Shown here: positions 32,467 to 56,600 of the stretch, in pieces
Position numbering within the stretch: the first letter of the stretch is position 1
How the letters are laid out: every line of letters starts with the position of its first letter
Origin: Amoebidium appalachense
Lineage: Eukaryota > Protista > Ichthyosporea
Reading direction: 5' to 3'
NCBI GenBank assembly: GCA_963693365.1
Contig: CAVNZM010000007.1
Coordinates: 4,523,962-4,587,961, forward strand
Length of the DNA: 64,000 bases
The notes under the pieces: generated by a model
Seen by the model: only the letters and a program-made list of their open reading frames with translations
The model's database searches: none
What the model was told of the DNA's origin: nothing
Made by a program: the position numbers and the translations under genes

Positions 32467-32631
32467 TGTGTGTGTGTGTGTATGTGTGTTGTGTGTTTGT
32501 CTGTGTGTGCATGTCTGTGTGCGTCGTGTGTGGTGTGTGTGTGTATGTGCATGTCTGTGCATGTGTGCATGTGCTCGGTGGAGAGGGAAGGGCAAGGGGG
32601 GGATTCGTGTCCGTGCATGTGTGCATGTGTG

Positions 32632-32678
<47 letters not shown>

Positions 32679-32896
32679 ATGTATGTGTGTGTGAATGTGC
32701 TCAGTTGAGAGGGAAGGGGGGGGGGGGGGATGCACCGTGTGTGTGCATGTGTGCACGTGTGTGTGTGTCTGTGCTCTGTGGAGAGGGATGGGGAGGGGAG
32801 GAAATGCACCGTGTGTGTGCATATGTGTGTGTGTCTCTCTGTATGTGTGTGTGTGTGTGTTGTGTGTTTGTGTGTGTGAGCATGTCGTGTGTGTGT

Positions 32897-32951
<55 letters not shown>

Positions 32952-33091
32952 GGTGTGTGTGTGTGTCCCGGTGTGCATGTGCGTGCGTGTGTGTGAGTGC
33001 ATGTTTTTGGAGTGCATGTTTTTGCATTGTGTGCGAGCAAGTGGATGCCTTGGTGAGAACAAGATTGGACGGTGTCGAATGCTGTGTGTGT

Positions 33092-33126
<35 letters not shown>

Positions 33127-33150
33127 CTGTGTGCGTGTGTGTTTTTTTGG
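31620..33150. repeat. compound (TG)n/(GGAG)n/(TGCA) low-complexity tract with internal duplications
   Basis: Directly visible; this tract is the source of the long His/Thr and Cys/Val ORFs. Confidence 0.9.
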
Positions 33151-33389
33151 GGGAAGAGGGGTAGTAGGAGGACCAGGGGGGTGGGGGGGGGGGGGTGGTA
33201 AAGAGTACGAGAGAAAGGGGTAAAATTTCAGACATGTGGAGGCTTGAGCAAAAGCAGGTTAAGTCCATAATGGGTAAAACCGGCGCTGGAACGAGAGGGA
33301 AGGGGGGGGGGGGGGGGGAGGGGGGGGGGGGGGGGATGATGTGTGCATTCGAGGGTGGCAGCCAAAGAAGCAAAGCATCGCAAAGGACA

Positions 33390-35318
33390 TTCTTATGCCA
33401 ACGTCGTCTTTACCAGCCCCAGCAAGGGGATACATGAGCCGGTGCCTGTGGATCAATCTCACAAGCAGGCACAGGTGTGCTCCACAGGAGCAATGAAAAG
33501 AATGACAAATGTCATACAGAAACATGCTCAAAAAACGTAGCCTAGTGCCTAAATAGGCAAAGGGTGTGGTGGGTGGGCAAAAACTTAGCTAAACAATTGG
33601 GCCTAAAGAGACCTAAACGCGCTCAGTAGCGCCGCAACTGACCTCCCTGGGGCCGCGCGAGCTCATTATAGAGCGCGGCCCACATTTTTGCCTATGGAAA
33701 TATGAAGAAATGATTTAGAACCTATCAAATCCATGAAATCTACCAAAATGGAATTTTTGCTGCACATCAACCAATGAAAAACTTTCACAAGTGGCTAAAA
33801 CCCCTAGATCATAAAGACCAAATCGATTGCCGCCTATTTCGGACTAGATATAACTCAAACTCATCAATATATCCATATGGCATATCCCACAGAACATAAA
33901 AACAGCTACAGCTCCCTAAATAAAAATGCTAGCAGCCTGAAACTTTGCACACACATCAAACACACCATGGCCTACAGCATTATACTACCACGAAGTTTAC
34001 AGCACACTCGCAACACACAATTTCACTCCAACGGGGCTATCTAATTCTCCTGCAAAGAAAACACGTTTACAAACTTAATATTCTTATGCCAACGTCGTCT
34101 TTACCAGCCCCAGCAAGATTATACATGAGCCGGTGCCTGTGGATCAATCTCACAAGCAGGCACAGGTGTGCTCCACTACTCCCTACCTGGCACGGGAAGG
34201 AACGAACCATGCCGTGGGTGACTGACGCAGCGCTGCAGCCCGGGCAAGGAGCGACGCAGGCACGCGAATAGAAAGAACAAGAGACTGGCCGGCCTGCACA
34301 TACCGGCGGAGGGAGGCATGCGATCTCCATCGACCACGCAGAGCAATCGTCTCTACTGAAACACCCCTGACATAGTCTCTCGAGGCACCACCATGGCGAA
34401 GACTGTGAAGATGGAACCCATACTCGTTGAGGCCGAGGGAGTCACATGCCGCTTGGAACTTGGCACGCAGAACATCATACGAGAAAGGAAACAGCCGCGC
34501 AGAAGGGGGGGCGCCACGGAACCAGAAAGACAGGATGGCCAACAGGGACGGATCGGTGATGGGGACAAACTGATTTGGACCGGTCTTGGTGTCAGCCAGG
34601 CGGATGCCGCCTGTACCGGGTGGCATGTCGTGGGGAACGGGGTCGTCGGGCAAAATAAGATCCGCACGGGTGAGCATAAGCAGCTCACTGACACGAAAAT
34701 AACACTCAAATCCAAGCAAAACAGCAATACCAAACAAGGGGCCAATTTTGGAATACAAATGATGGCCAATGACGAGGACCAATGAAAACGGAAGCGGGGG
34801 CGTGGTCTTTGCTGGAACAAGCCGGTTCCAGCCCTGCAGGCTCCGTTGGGCGGCCTGCAGGTGTGGACCCAGGCGTGGCATGAAATGCTTGATGCCGGCA
34901 GCTGTGTTGACACAGCGCTGACGCTGGCCACGCGATGGATCAATGGCATAACACTCCTCAAAATACTCCACCAGGAGGTCGTCCAGTTCGGCGGGGGACT
35001 TGGTGTCGGTACCAGGGGGCAACCAATCCAGGAACTCAACAACAGCATCCCGGTAGGCCTTGAGGGTTGGGGGCTTTATGGCCTGGTCAGCCAGAAAACC
35101 GCGAGGGACCATCTGCAGGATTGTGGGCTGACGGCAGCCACACACAATACAAACGAATGTCGAGGGCAAGCGTGTAGGCAGCCACCTGGCGGCATACACG
35201 GTTCAGGCGTCGGGATGCTGAACGACCCTTAGCAACAGCCCCAAGCAGCGCCGTCGAATCAAGGCCCCAAAGGTAGCGGGAGCCCCGGGCAGCCGTAGAC
35301 CGACCTAATCGACGAAGC
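33390..35318 (-). mobile_element. 5'-truncated YR retrotransposon family 1: RNase H end, YR, B1 (34176-34081), A2 (34080-33486), B2 (33485-33390)
   Basis: 96-bp B repeat occurs twice around a 595-bp A segment. RH tail LDSTALLGAVAKGRS..WLPSAHNPADGPSR. Near-identical to 55380-57308. Confidence 0.9.
34183..35112 (-). CDS. tyrosine recombinase of YR retrotransposon family 1 (intact, ~309 aa)
   Basis: FECYFRVSE, DTKTG, HSLRHGG, GRW, RRYV supply the catalytic R-K-H-R-W-Y. The start overlaps the RH stop region. Confidence 0.9.
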   Translation of the reverse strand: MVPRGFLADQAIKPPTLKAYRDAVVEFLDWLPPGTDTKSPAELDDLLVEYFEECYAIDPSRGQRQRCVNTAAGIKHFMPRLGPHLQAAQRSLQGWNRLVPAKTTPPLPFSLVLVIGHHLYSKIGPLFGIAVLLGFECYFRVSELLMLTRADLILPDDPVPHDMPPGTGGIRLADTKTGPNQFVPITDPSLLAILSFWFRGAPPSARLFPFSYDVLRAKFQAACDSLGLNEYGFHLHSLRHGGASRDYVRGVSVETIALRGRWRSHASLRRYVQAGQSLVLSIRVPASLLARAAALRQSPTAWFVPSRAR

Positions 35319-35324
35319 TGGTGT

Positions 35325-36800
35325 TGTCCGCAGATGCATGGGGGTGGTTGTGTTGTTGATATCATGCGGTGGAAGGTGGTGTGGTTGTGCAAGATTTGTC
35401 CGAGAGTGGGGTGTGAGGTTTGGATAAGGCGTGTACGCCGCCGGAGTAGGAGGGTGATGGCATTATAGGGGGTATCGGCATCAACAAGACAGGCACGGAA
35501 GATTGACGCATATCTTGCTTAGAGAGTAGGTGGGAAAAGGTGTTTTTAGGATGTTGTGGGTATGTAGTTGATGTTTTTTCTTGAGAATCCAATGTGTTTG
35601 TCGGAGGAGGCGTGCTTCAGCAGAGGAGGAGAAGAGATATCCATAAGAGTGATAGTAGCAGCACACAAATCGTCAAGGGGTAGAGATAGGAGGACTTGGA
35701 AGGAGAGGAGAGGGGAGTGGGCAGATGCGAGACCCACACGCGCGAGTAAGGGGAGGGATGGTTGGGAGGAGGGTGGGGGGGGTAGAGGGGTGATGTGTAG
35801 ACTGAGATGGTATGTCCGTCACTTGACTTTTCTACATCCACGGTGCAGTTGAGGGAGGAGAGGTGTGTTGTCATGCGGTGATATGCGGTACGCTGGGATG
35901 GTGTGTGTTTGCCTGGGTGGTATGTGATAGAGAGGGTGGTGGGGTTTTGGGGGGTTTGGGTGATGGTGTGTTGGATATATGTAGAAAGAGAGAGAAAAGC
36001 ATGGTTGTTATGTGTGTAGTGTGAGAGGTAGTGTGATGGGGGTGGTTGTGGTTGAGGAGGGGGGTTGTTGTTGGGTTGTCGTAGGTGTGGGGGTGGGCGT
36101 GCACGCCGATGGTTGTGTTCACGGGGTGTTTAGACAATACCAGGGTTGAGTATGCGCACAAGGGGGGGGGGGGAGTGTCGATGTAGTGGTTGAGGTGTGG
36201 TCGAATTTGTTTAATGAGAAGAAATTCAGCTTCCCTAAGATCCCAGAGAGGGGGGGCAAAGATGGGGAGGACAAGATATTTGTGTATGCCGATGCAGGAA
36301 ATACGTGCATATTTAGTATCTGTGTTTGGGAGGTGTCCTTGCCTAGCTTTGGATATGTGTTCGTATGTACGCTGTTGCAGATGGGTGGTGGATCCAATGT
36401 AGAATTTGTTGTTCTCAAGGGAAAAGACGGTGTACACAACATTAGGTGTAGAGAATGCCTCAGGTGTACCTGCGTGGGGGGACTTCGCGTGAAAGAGCGT
36501 GGATGGGGCGTAGGTATTTTGGGCTTGTTTCGTTAAGGTATGTAAGAGCGGAGAGATTTGCTTGTAATAGAGTAGGCGAATATTGTTCTTTGAAGGGTAG
36601 GGGTGTGTTGTTTGAGGTGGCGTTGTTAAGAATGTTATGCAAAAGAGTGGTAAGTTGTATGGTACGTTGTCGGGAGTTTAGGTGTGCAGTTGCCATGGTG
36701 TGGAGAAGGGGGGGGGGGGGGGGGGGGGGGCAGCTGGGTTTGGTGTCGTATTTTAATGTAGTGATGTGATATTGTGAAAGACAAGAAACAAAACCAACCC
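35325..36800 (-). mobile_element. Penelope-like element 5' part with GIY-YIG endonuclease near the N-terminus (frameshifted)
   Basis: ORF from ~36696 shifts into VVYTVFSLENNKFYIGSTTHLQQRTYEH..LREAEFLLIKQIRPHLN. Downstream degenerate C/A-rich coding sequence ends PPCICGQH at the junction with the YR element. Confidence 0.65.
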
Positions 36801-36822
36801 GTTATTATGCTGAGAGGAGATA

Positions 36823-37660
<838 letters not shown>

Positions 37661-38171
37661 TGCAGGCATATGCCACAGGGTGTGCTTGTTGAACGTGTGA
37701 ATTTTGTAGAGTGCTGTGTGCATACATAGATCACAAAATATTTCCTTTTTGTATTTGGTGTGTATGTGTTGGAGGGGGAGGGGAGGGAGGGCGGGGGGAC
37801 GTGTGCACATGCACACACAGTGTGTCTGGGCATGTGCAGTGTGTGTGTGTGTTTGCATGTGGTAGGGGAGCATATTGAGGTGTAAATGTACATAAGAGGA
37901 GGGCAAGGAAGCAGGAGCCTGAGAAGGAGGAGGGGAGGCCATGGTGTGTGTGTGTGTGTGGGGGGGGGGGGTTTACACTTGAGAATTGTATGATGGGGTG
38001 TGGTACGGAATGGGGTAGTGGTTTCAAAGAAAGAATGCAATGATTGGGTGGGTATTGTATCATGTGTGGGGGGATGATAGATGAAATCATAGGGGAACAT
38101 GGATTCACGGGGAGGGGGAGGGAAAGAAGGGGGGGAGGGGAGGGAGGGCAAGGGTGATCAAGTAAACGTAC

Positions 38172-49159
<10,988 letters not shown>

Positions 49160-50216
49160 TGTTAAAGTTGACCGTGAACCTAGTTGCAGATAACGTGAAC
49201 ACAAAGTCTGCACAACAGCAACTGGTGGGCACATGAAAAGCGCCGTCGTTTTAAAGGGATGCAGGGCTATAATTTTGCATGCACCTTTCGGCGCGCCATC
49301 GGCCCTCCCTACTTGTAGATAAAGAGGAAAAATTCAAAATAGTCACTGTACATTTATAAATAAATATAGTATAGAGATTTAAGTGTGTATGTGCATACCA
49401 TATATATAGTATATAGTGTATCGTATGCAGAATATATATCCATTTCAATTAGGCGGTGTGCAGTGCAATGGCGAACCCTGTAATCATCTATCACTCTATT
49501 GGTAATATTTTTTATTTTATTTAATTCTGTGATTTTTTCCGGTGGTGCTGTGCGATGCCCGCGCGAGCTAAAGTGCACTTTAGTAATTAGCTCAATATTG
49601 TGTGTCGTTACACCTTAATATAAAATAATACAGTATTGTGTATAAAGCGAATACTATATAGAATAGTACATTATTTAGCTTATTCAGCACCAGTTTGTAG
49701 AACGCAAAATGGAGATGGCAGGACATTAATAAAATTTGGTCCGCGATGATTGGCAAGAGCAGTGCATTATCTATTTTGTCTTTCTACAATTTCTAGCTGC
49801 GAGTGGAAGAGTTGTGCGGCTGGGCAATGTAGTTGTATAGATAATGCACTAAGGCCAAGCAGCAATAATTAGCCTGTTATTAAAGCTATTAATTGGCTTA
49901 ATATTATGTTAATAAGATTTCGGTGAAGACTAGCCTTTATTAACCGTTTCCCGATTGGATAAGTAAATTATCTAAGGCCAAGCAACAAGCATTAGTGCAG
50001 TATCATGCAATTAATTGGCTAAATATCATGTAGCAGGAAACAATAATGTGACGTCATAGTGACGTCACAGATTTCTAGTTGGCACTAGAAATCCGTTCAG
50101 AAGATTACAGTCGCACCCGAGCCCCGGTTTTCTAGTTGCAACTAGAAGGATAAGAACTTTACAATCATATTTCCATTTGTCACTAGAAGTCTTCCTAACA
50201 TGCCTGTCCTTTGCAG

Positions 50217-50967
50217 GAGGGAGAGGGAGAGCTACTATCAGCATCGAACTGCTGCTATCCGTGAGCCGCACAAGTACATGAGCGTTATTATCGACTCAAT
50301 GGACCAGGCCAAGTCCGAGATCCCCAACGTGCATTGGAACTCCAAAGCGGCCACTTCGATTCCGAAGAAGGCCGTTCGAATCACCAGCGTGCTTGTACAT
50401 GGACGTACCCTGTACACAATCGTCGATGAGCATGGGCGTAAGGGTGCAAATGTTCAAATCGCCGCCCTCACTCTGGCAAACAAACGCGAGCTTGAGGAAC
50501 AGGGCTCGTTGCCACCTACGCTTTATGTGCAGATGGACAACGCCTCGGAGAATCATTGCAATGCGATGATGCAGTTCTTCGAGCTGCTCGTGACGAAGGG
50601 AGTTTACGAAACTGTGGAGTGCTCCTTTCTAATTCCCGGACACACCCACGAGGACATCGACGTTCGCTTTCGAGGGTACAATCATTATCTCACTCATAAC
50701 CCCCCTTGAACGGTTCCCGATTTGATGGCAACACTCAGCAAGCGTCCTCGCTCAAGGGACCTTGCGCCTGACATTGCCAAGAGTGGCAGGGTGGTTGAGC
50801 CGCCAGAGATTCACGATGATCAAGCCTTGCCTGAGGTTACCGAATGGCTAGCCTTGTTGTTGCGTCCTCTTTCCTACTTTGCAAAATGGAGATGCTTCCG
50901 CTGGACCAAGTGTGACAACGCTGTCAACTTTGAAGTACGTCGACTTGCCAGCCAGGGCGACTGGAAG
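50217..50967 (+). pseudogene. DUF7869/Sola-like DDE transposase catalytic fragment, cut by a YR solo repeat
   Basis: After acceptor ttgcag: ERESYY..KYMSVIIDSMDQAK, KGANVQI, LPPTLYVQMDNASEN, SFLIPGHTHEDIDVRF. Stop at 50707-50709; no upstream exon found. Confidence 0.7.
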
Positions 50968-51670
50968 TTCTTATGCCAACGTCGTCTTTACCAGCCCCAG
51001 CAAGGGGATACATGAGCCGGTGCCTGTGGATCAATCTCACAAGCAGGCACAGGTGTGCTCCACAGGAGCAATGAAAAGAATGACAAATGTCATACAGAAA
51101 CATGCTCAAAAAACGTAGCCTAGTGCCTAAATAGGCAAAGGGTGTGGTGGGTGGGCAAAAACTTAGCTAAAAAATTGGGCCTAAAGAGACCTAAACGCGC
51201 TCAGTAGCGCCGCAACTGACCTCCCTGGGGCCGCGCGAGCTCATTATAGAGCGCGGCGAGCGCGGCCCACATTTTTGCCTATGGAAATATGAAGAAATGA
51301 TTTAGAACCTATCAAATCCATGAAATCTACCAAAATGGAATTTTTGCTGCACATCAACCAATGAAGAATTTTCACAAGTGGCTAAAACCCCTAGATCATA
51401 AAGACCAAATCGATTGTAGCCCATTTCGGACTAGATATAACTCAAACTCATCAATATATCCATATGGCATATCCCACAGAACATAAAAACAGCTACAGCT
51501 CCCTAAATAATAATGCTAGCAGCCTGAAACTTTGCACACACATCAAACACACCATGGCCTACAGCATTATACTACCACGAAGTTTACAGCACACTCGCAA
51601 CACACAATTTCACTCCAACGGGGCTATCTAATTCTCCTGCAAAGAAAACACGTTTACAAACTTAATATTC
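50968..51670 (-). mobile_element. solo A-B repeat of YR retrotransposon family 1
   Basis: B 50968-51063 plus A 51064-51667, bounded by TTC at 50968-70 and 51668-70; no ORFs. Confidence 0.9.
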
Positions 51671-52850
51671 TGTCGGGGGAAAGACAGAAACCCGCTGCTA
51701 AGCCTTTGTCACGTACCGCCGAGTGGTACTATAGGCCACCCCCTCATGCCTATATCTCCCCTGCTCAAGCGATTTCGGCCGCTATCTCGGCCGCCAATCA
51801 AAATCCCATTCCGCCCTCCACACCAGAAACCACGTATTATGTGCGGTGTGCTGATAATTTTTTAATGCCACCTCACACAGCATATGATCTCCCCTGCTAT
51901 ATCCCAGGCTAAAAAAAACAGCACTTTTACAAACATGCTGAAATTTCCCCAAGTAGAGACCCCAAACACTTGCGCAAATTGGATGGTCTTGACTTTGAGT
52001 ACCACCTAGTTGATTTACTCCCCAACCAGAAATGTTACTTGCATGTGATGAACTTAACCAATCACCCCATCAAGTTACACAAAACCTCGGTTATTGCCGT
52101 ATGACTGTCGGACATATTGCATACACTGCTCCGTGCCCAGATATCGAAATTACGATAGACTCCCATAACCTCAAAAACAATATGGAAAACACGCTTGTGC
52201 AAGAGATATACGCACACCAAGCTACTTTATCTCACTGTACACGTGCACGTTCCGCCGCACAAGCACCGCACTTGGTGGCTGCCCTGCAACCCCCCAACAA
52301 ACGTGCACACATAGCGGATTCTGAAGAACCCCCCCAGCCCCCTCCGGCTGCCAAATCGCATGATCCCACCTATGTTCAAACTTTTAATTATGAGGGCATT
52401 AATGATAGCGTTGCTCCTGAACCTTCAAAAACAATGAAAAAGACATAGAAGAGCTACGGGATACCCACTTATCACATTTATCCCCCAATCAACAAGATCG
52501 CATGCTCGCTCTTTTAAAAAAAGTATAAAGAACTTACAAACATCGATGTGATTGGCTCAATGACCAAAGCCACCAATCACTACCACTACATCACCCTCAC
52601 GGATTCAAAACCAGTGTCATGCAAAACACGACACTATTCAGAAACCGAACGCCAAGTTATATCCAAAGAAGTCAATGATATGCTTGAGAAAGGAGTTATA
52701 CGCGAATCTCGCAGTCTTTATAACAACCCAATCGTATTGGTTAAGAAGAAAAATGGCACAATTCGTTTTTGCTTTGACGTGAGGGCGGCCAATCGAATCA
52801 CTTTAAAAACCCTCTACCACATGCCCCGCGTAGATGACTCACTTGACGCC
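51671..52850 (+). mobile_element. Ty3/Gypsy pol fragment (N-terminal RT), degenerate
   Basis: HYITLTDSKPV..EVNDMLEKGVIRESRSLYNNPIVLVKKKNGTIRFCFDVRAANRIT..MPRVDDSL; truncated at 52850. Confidence 0.85.
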
Positions 52851-53655
52851 CACCCGAGCCTCCCCGAAAACTAAGGAAAATCTTAACACTATATATTGTA
52901 CATTAATACATAAATATAGCGTTGCTAAGCAACGGACTGTGGCATATCGCTATGACTGTGGCATATCGCTATATTAAAGGAAAAAAATAATGGGAAGTGC
53001 AATATTGTTGCAATCAAAAGAAGTAAAAAATTAGCAATGTCGCATTTAGTTACATTCACATTTCACTATGAAATGACGTGCTAATCAAACATACCTACAC
53101 AGTTTAGCAGGTACAATATATACTAGTTCTCGATATACATAACATGCGTACACAATAAACTGACACTCGAGGACATGCTCTCAGCTTTTCCATTATATAG
53201 CCGACGATATACATCAGATTATCGAAAGATGGAATCATGATTTGATTTCAGAAGACATTTCTCCCGAAACGGCGACACCGCATGCACAGCAATCATCGGT
53301 TACGGCCCATGTGCACGTACTTGTTCACAAGGAATTCCTCCTTTCCTCCTGCGGGTACTGGAAGGGGGATACAGTGGAAAATTCCCAATATCGTTCCAAC
53401 GTCCACAAAGTCGTACCTTGGTATCCGCTGCCCGTTTGTACCCACCATCTCCCAAGACAGTCTGGAACAAGCTGTGTGCTGGTCCGGCTGTTTGCGCTCC
53501 ACATAGTATCGGACAAACGCTAACTTATGGTCCAGGGTCTCGTTTCCTTCGGGTGACAAGGTCTGGCACACGAAAAGAAGCACCAACTTTGCGTAGTACT
53601 TAACGTCCTCACCCGCCTCGTTAGCTCCTCCCGCAATGAGGACCGTTCTGGGCAA
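52851..53655 (-). mobile_element. 3' end of a probable Plavaka-type (CMC-related) DNA transposon: transposase C-terminus (53655-53293) and terminus
   Basis: YYAKLVLLF..LAFVRYY..CSRLSW..YDFVDVGTILGIFHCIP..FLVNKY resembles the Plavaka transposase C-terminal region. The Gypsy RT is cut abruptly at CACCCGAGCC (CAC-type terminus). Confidence 0.5.
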
Positions 53656-53659
53656 GACC

Positions 53660-56600
53660 GTCTACGGAGTCCACGCCGTCGGCAACGTCTGTCTCACCGC
53701 CTGAAGGGGGTTGTTACCTTGGCCATCCGTTGTCTTGGTGCCCTCAACGAGCTGTGGGCAGGCGGCCCTTGCCCATTCCCGACCCGGTTGGTGAACAGTC
53801 ACCACCATGCCCTGTGGACCTTTGTCCTTAGGGCCAGCTACAATGCTATACGCGCGGGTGTCTACGACACTCAGCCTGCGAGTAGTGTCTTGGCTGCGTT
53901 CCCCGCGGCCTACCCTGTATTGACAGGATGGCTACCTCTCACGGCGGCAAATGCCGCTTTGCCACCCCCTGGGGTTGGAGCCACAGTGGACGTGTTGCAG
54001 TTTTTGTCTCCTACACTGCAGCCGTTTTTGGCCAACCGCGACGGCGGCCTTCTCAAGCCTGTTCCGCAGACGCCTGCAGAGCTGCGCCGCATCCGACCGG
54101 CGCATCACGTTCCCAGTGGGGAATACGGTCCCCTGCTTCTTCGGCTTCAAGACTGCGGCATGGAGCACCTTTTCGAGGCGGAGGAAATACCACTGGCCAT
54201 CAATGGGCTGTTTGGGGTCCCCAAAGACACCAGAGCCCGCGTCATTTTTGACGGCCGCCGTGGCAACCTGTTCTTTGCCCGTGATCATCCTGCCCTCAAG
54301 GTGCACTTGCCCGACCCTGCCGATTTTGCCGATCAACAGCTGGGGACCTGAGGATTGCCTCTATTTTGGCAAGCCGGACATGGACAACCAGTTCCACTGC
54401 CTTCTTGCCCCCGAGTGGCTGTGGCGGTACTTCGGATTGCCGCCTGTTTCTACGCAGGCTGTTGGCCTTTCTGGGCCCGACCGGCCTGTGTACCCAACCC
54501 TCAAGACCGTGCCCATGGGCTGGGTGCATTCTGTGCTTGTGGCTCAAGACGTCCATGGGCAGTTGGCTGACCGACCGGCATGCCCCGCATTGAGCGCCTC
54601 TGTGCGATAGTGCCGCGGCCTGTGGAGGCCACGCAGCATGCCCTGTATGTGGACGACTGTGGCTGGGTCGGCACAGATGCCACCGCAATCAATCGTCAGC
54701 GTGAATCGTATCATTGCGTCACCGGCCCGGCTGGTCTTCCCTCCAACGTCAAGAAGGATGTGGCTGCTGGTTCGTCGTCCTCTATGGTGCTGCTAGGCCT
54801 TGAAATGCATTGCTCTGGGATTTTGCGCCCGCCTGGTGCTTCCTTGTGCCGTCTGGTGGCGGAAACCCAGGCGGTGTTGCGTCGTGGTGTCGTCACGCAG
54901 CTCCGTTTGCAGCAGTTGCTTGGTGGTTGGGTGTGGGCGGCACAGCTGCAGCGGCCGCTTTTGTCAGTTCTGAGTGCCGTCTACAGTTTTGTGGAGCAGC
55001 TGGGGGGCCGGAACAGCCCCTTCCACCGCCTGTGGTGTGGGAGCTTCAGGCAATGTGTTCTTTGGCCCCGTTGATGCGTTGTGATTTGCGTTCTGGGTTT
55101 GCTAGTACCATGTTCTGCACTGATGCTTCCTTGTTGGGTGGTGCAGGGGTGTCCCGAGTGCTTCCAGCAGCCCTTCCCCGCCAAGTGATGCCTCACTGCA
55201 ACATGCGTGGCCACTACAGTCAGCTGTCTGGACCAGTCCCGTGCACGAGTCAAGCCCGTCCGCCCCCCTGGCACCTATCCTGGCAGCTGTTGGTGGCCGG
55301 TGGACCACCAAAATCAGTCATCGTTGGCGCCACTCCATCCACAACAACATTGTGGAGGGAGAAGCCTTGCTCCTGGGGCTTCGTCAATTAGGTCGGTCTA
55401 CGGCTGCCCGCGGCTCCCGCTACCTTTGGGGCCTTGATTCGACGGCGCTGCTTGGGGCTGTTGCTAAGGGTCGTTCAGCATCCCGACGCTTTAACGGTGT
55501 AAGCCGGCAGGTGGCTGCCTACACGCTTGCCCTCGACATTCATTTTTTTTGTGTGTGGCTGCCGTCAGCCCACAATCCTGCAGATGGTCCCTCGCGGTTT
55601 TCTGGCTGACCAGGCCATAAAGCCCCCAACCCTCAATGCCTACCGGGATGCTGTTTATGAGTTCCTGGATTGGTTCGCCCCTGGCACCGACACCAAGTCC
55701 CCAGCCGAACTGGACGACCTCCTGGTGGAGTATTTTGAGGAGTGTTATGCCGTTGATCCATCGCGTGGCCAGCGTCAGCGCTGTGTCAACACAGCTGCCG
55801 GCATCAAGCATTTCATGCCCCACGCCTGGGTCCACACCTGCAGGCCGCCCAACGGAGCCTGCAGGGCTGGAACCGGCTTGTTCCAGCAAAGACCACGCCC
55901 CCGCTTCCGTTTTCATTGGTCCTCGTCATTGGCCATCATTTGTATTCCAAAATTGGCCCCTTGTTTGGTATTGCTGTTTTGCTCGGATTTGAGTGTTATT
56001 TTCGTGTCAGTGAGTTGCTTATGCTCACCCGTGCGGATCTTATTTTGCCCGACGACCCCGTTCCCCACGACATGCCACCCGGTACAGGCGGCATCCACCT
56101 GCCCGACACCAAGACCGGTCCAAATCAGTTTGTCCCCATCACCGATCCGTCCCTGTTGGCCATCCTGTCTTTCTGGTTCCGTGGTGCCCCCCCTTCTGAG
56201 CGGCTGTTTCCTTTCTCGTATGATGTTCTGCGTGCCAAGTTCCAAGCGGCATGTGACTCCCTCGGCCTCCACGAGTATGGGTTCCATCTTCACAGTCTTC
56301 GCCATGGTGGTGCCCCGAGAGACTATGTCAGGGGTGTTTCAGTAGAGACGATTGCTCTGCGTGGTCGATGGAGATCGCATGCCTCCCTCCGCCGGTATGT
56401 GCAGGCCGGCCAGTCTCTTGTTCTTTCTATTTGCGTGCCTGCGTCGCTCCTTGCCCGGGCTGCAGCGCTGCGTCAGTCACCCACGGCATGGTTCGTTCCT
56501 TCCCGTGCCAGGTAGGGAGTGGTGGAGCACACCTGTGCCTGCTTGTGAGATTGATCCACAGGCACCGGCTCAAGTATCCCCTTGCTGGGGCTGGTAAAGA

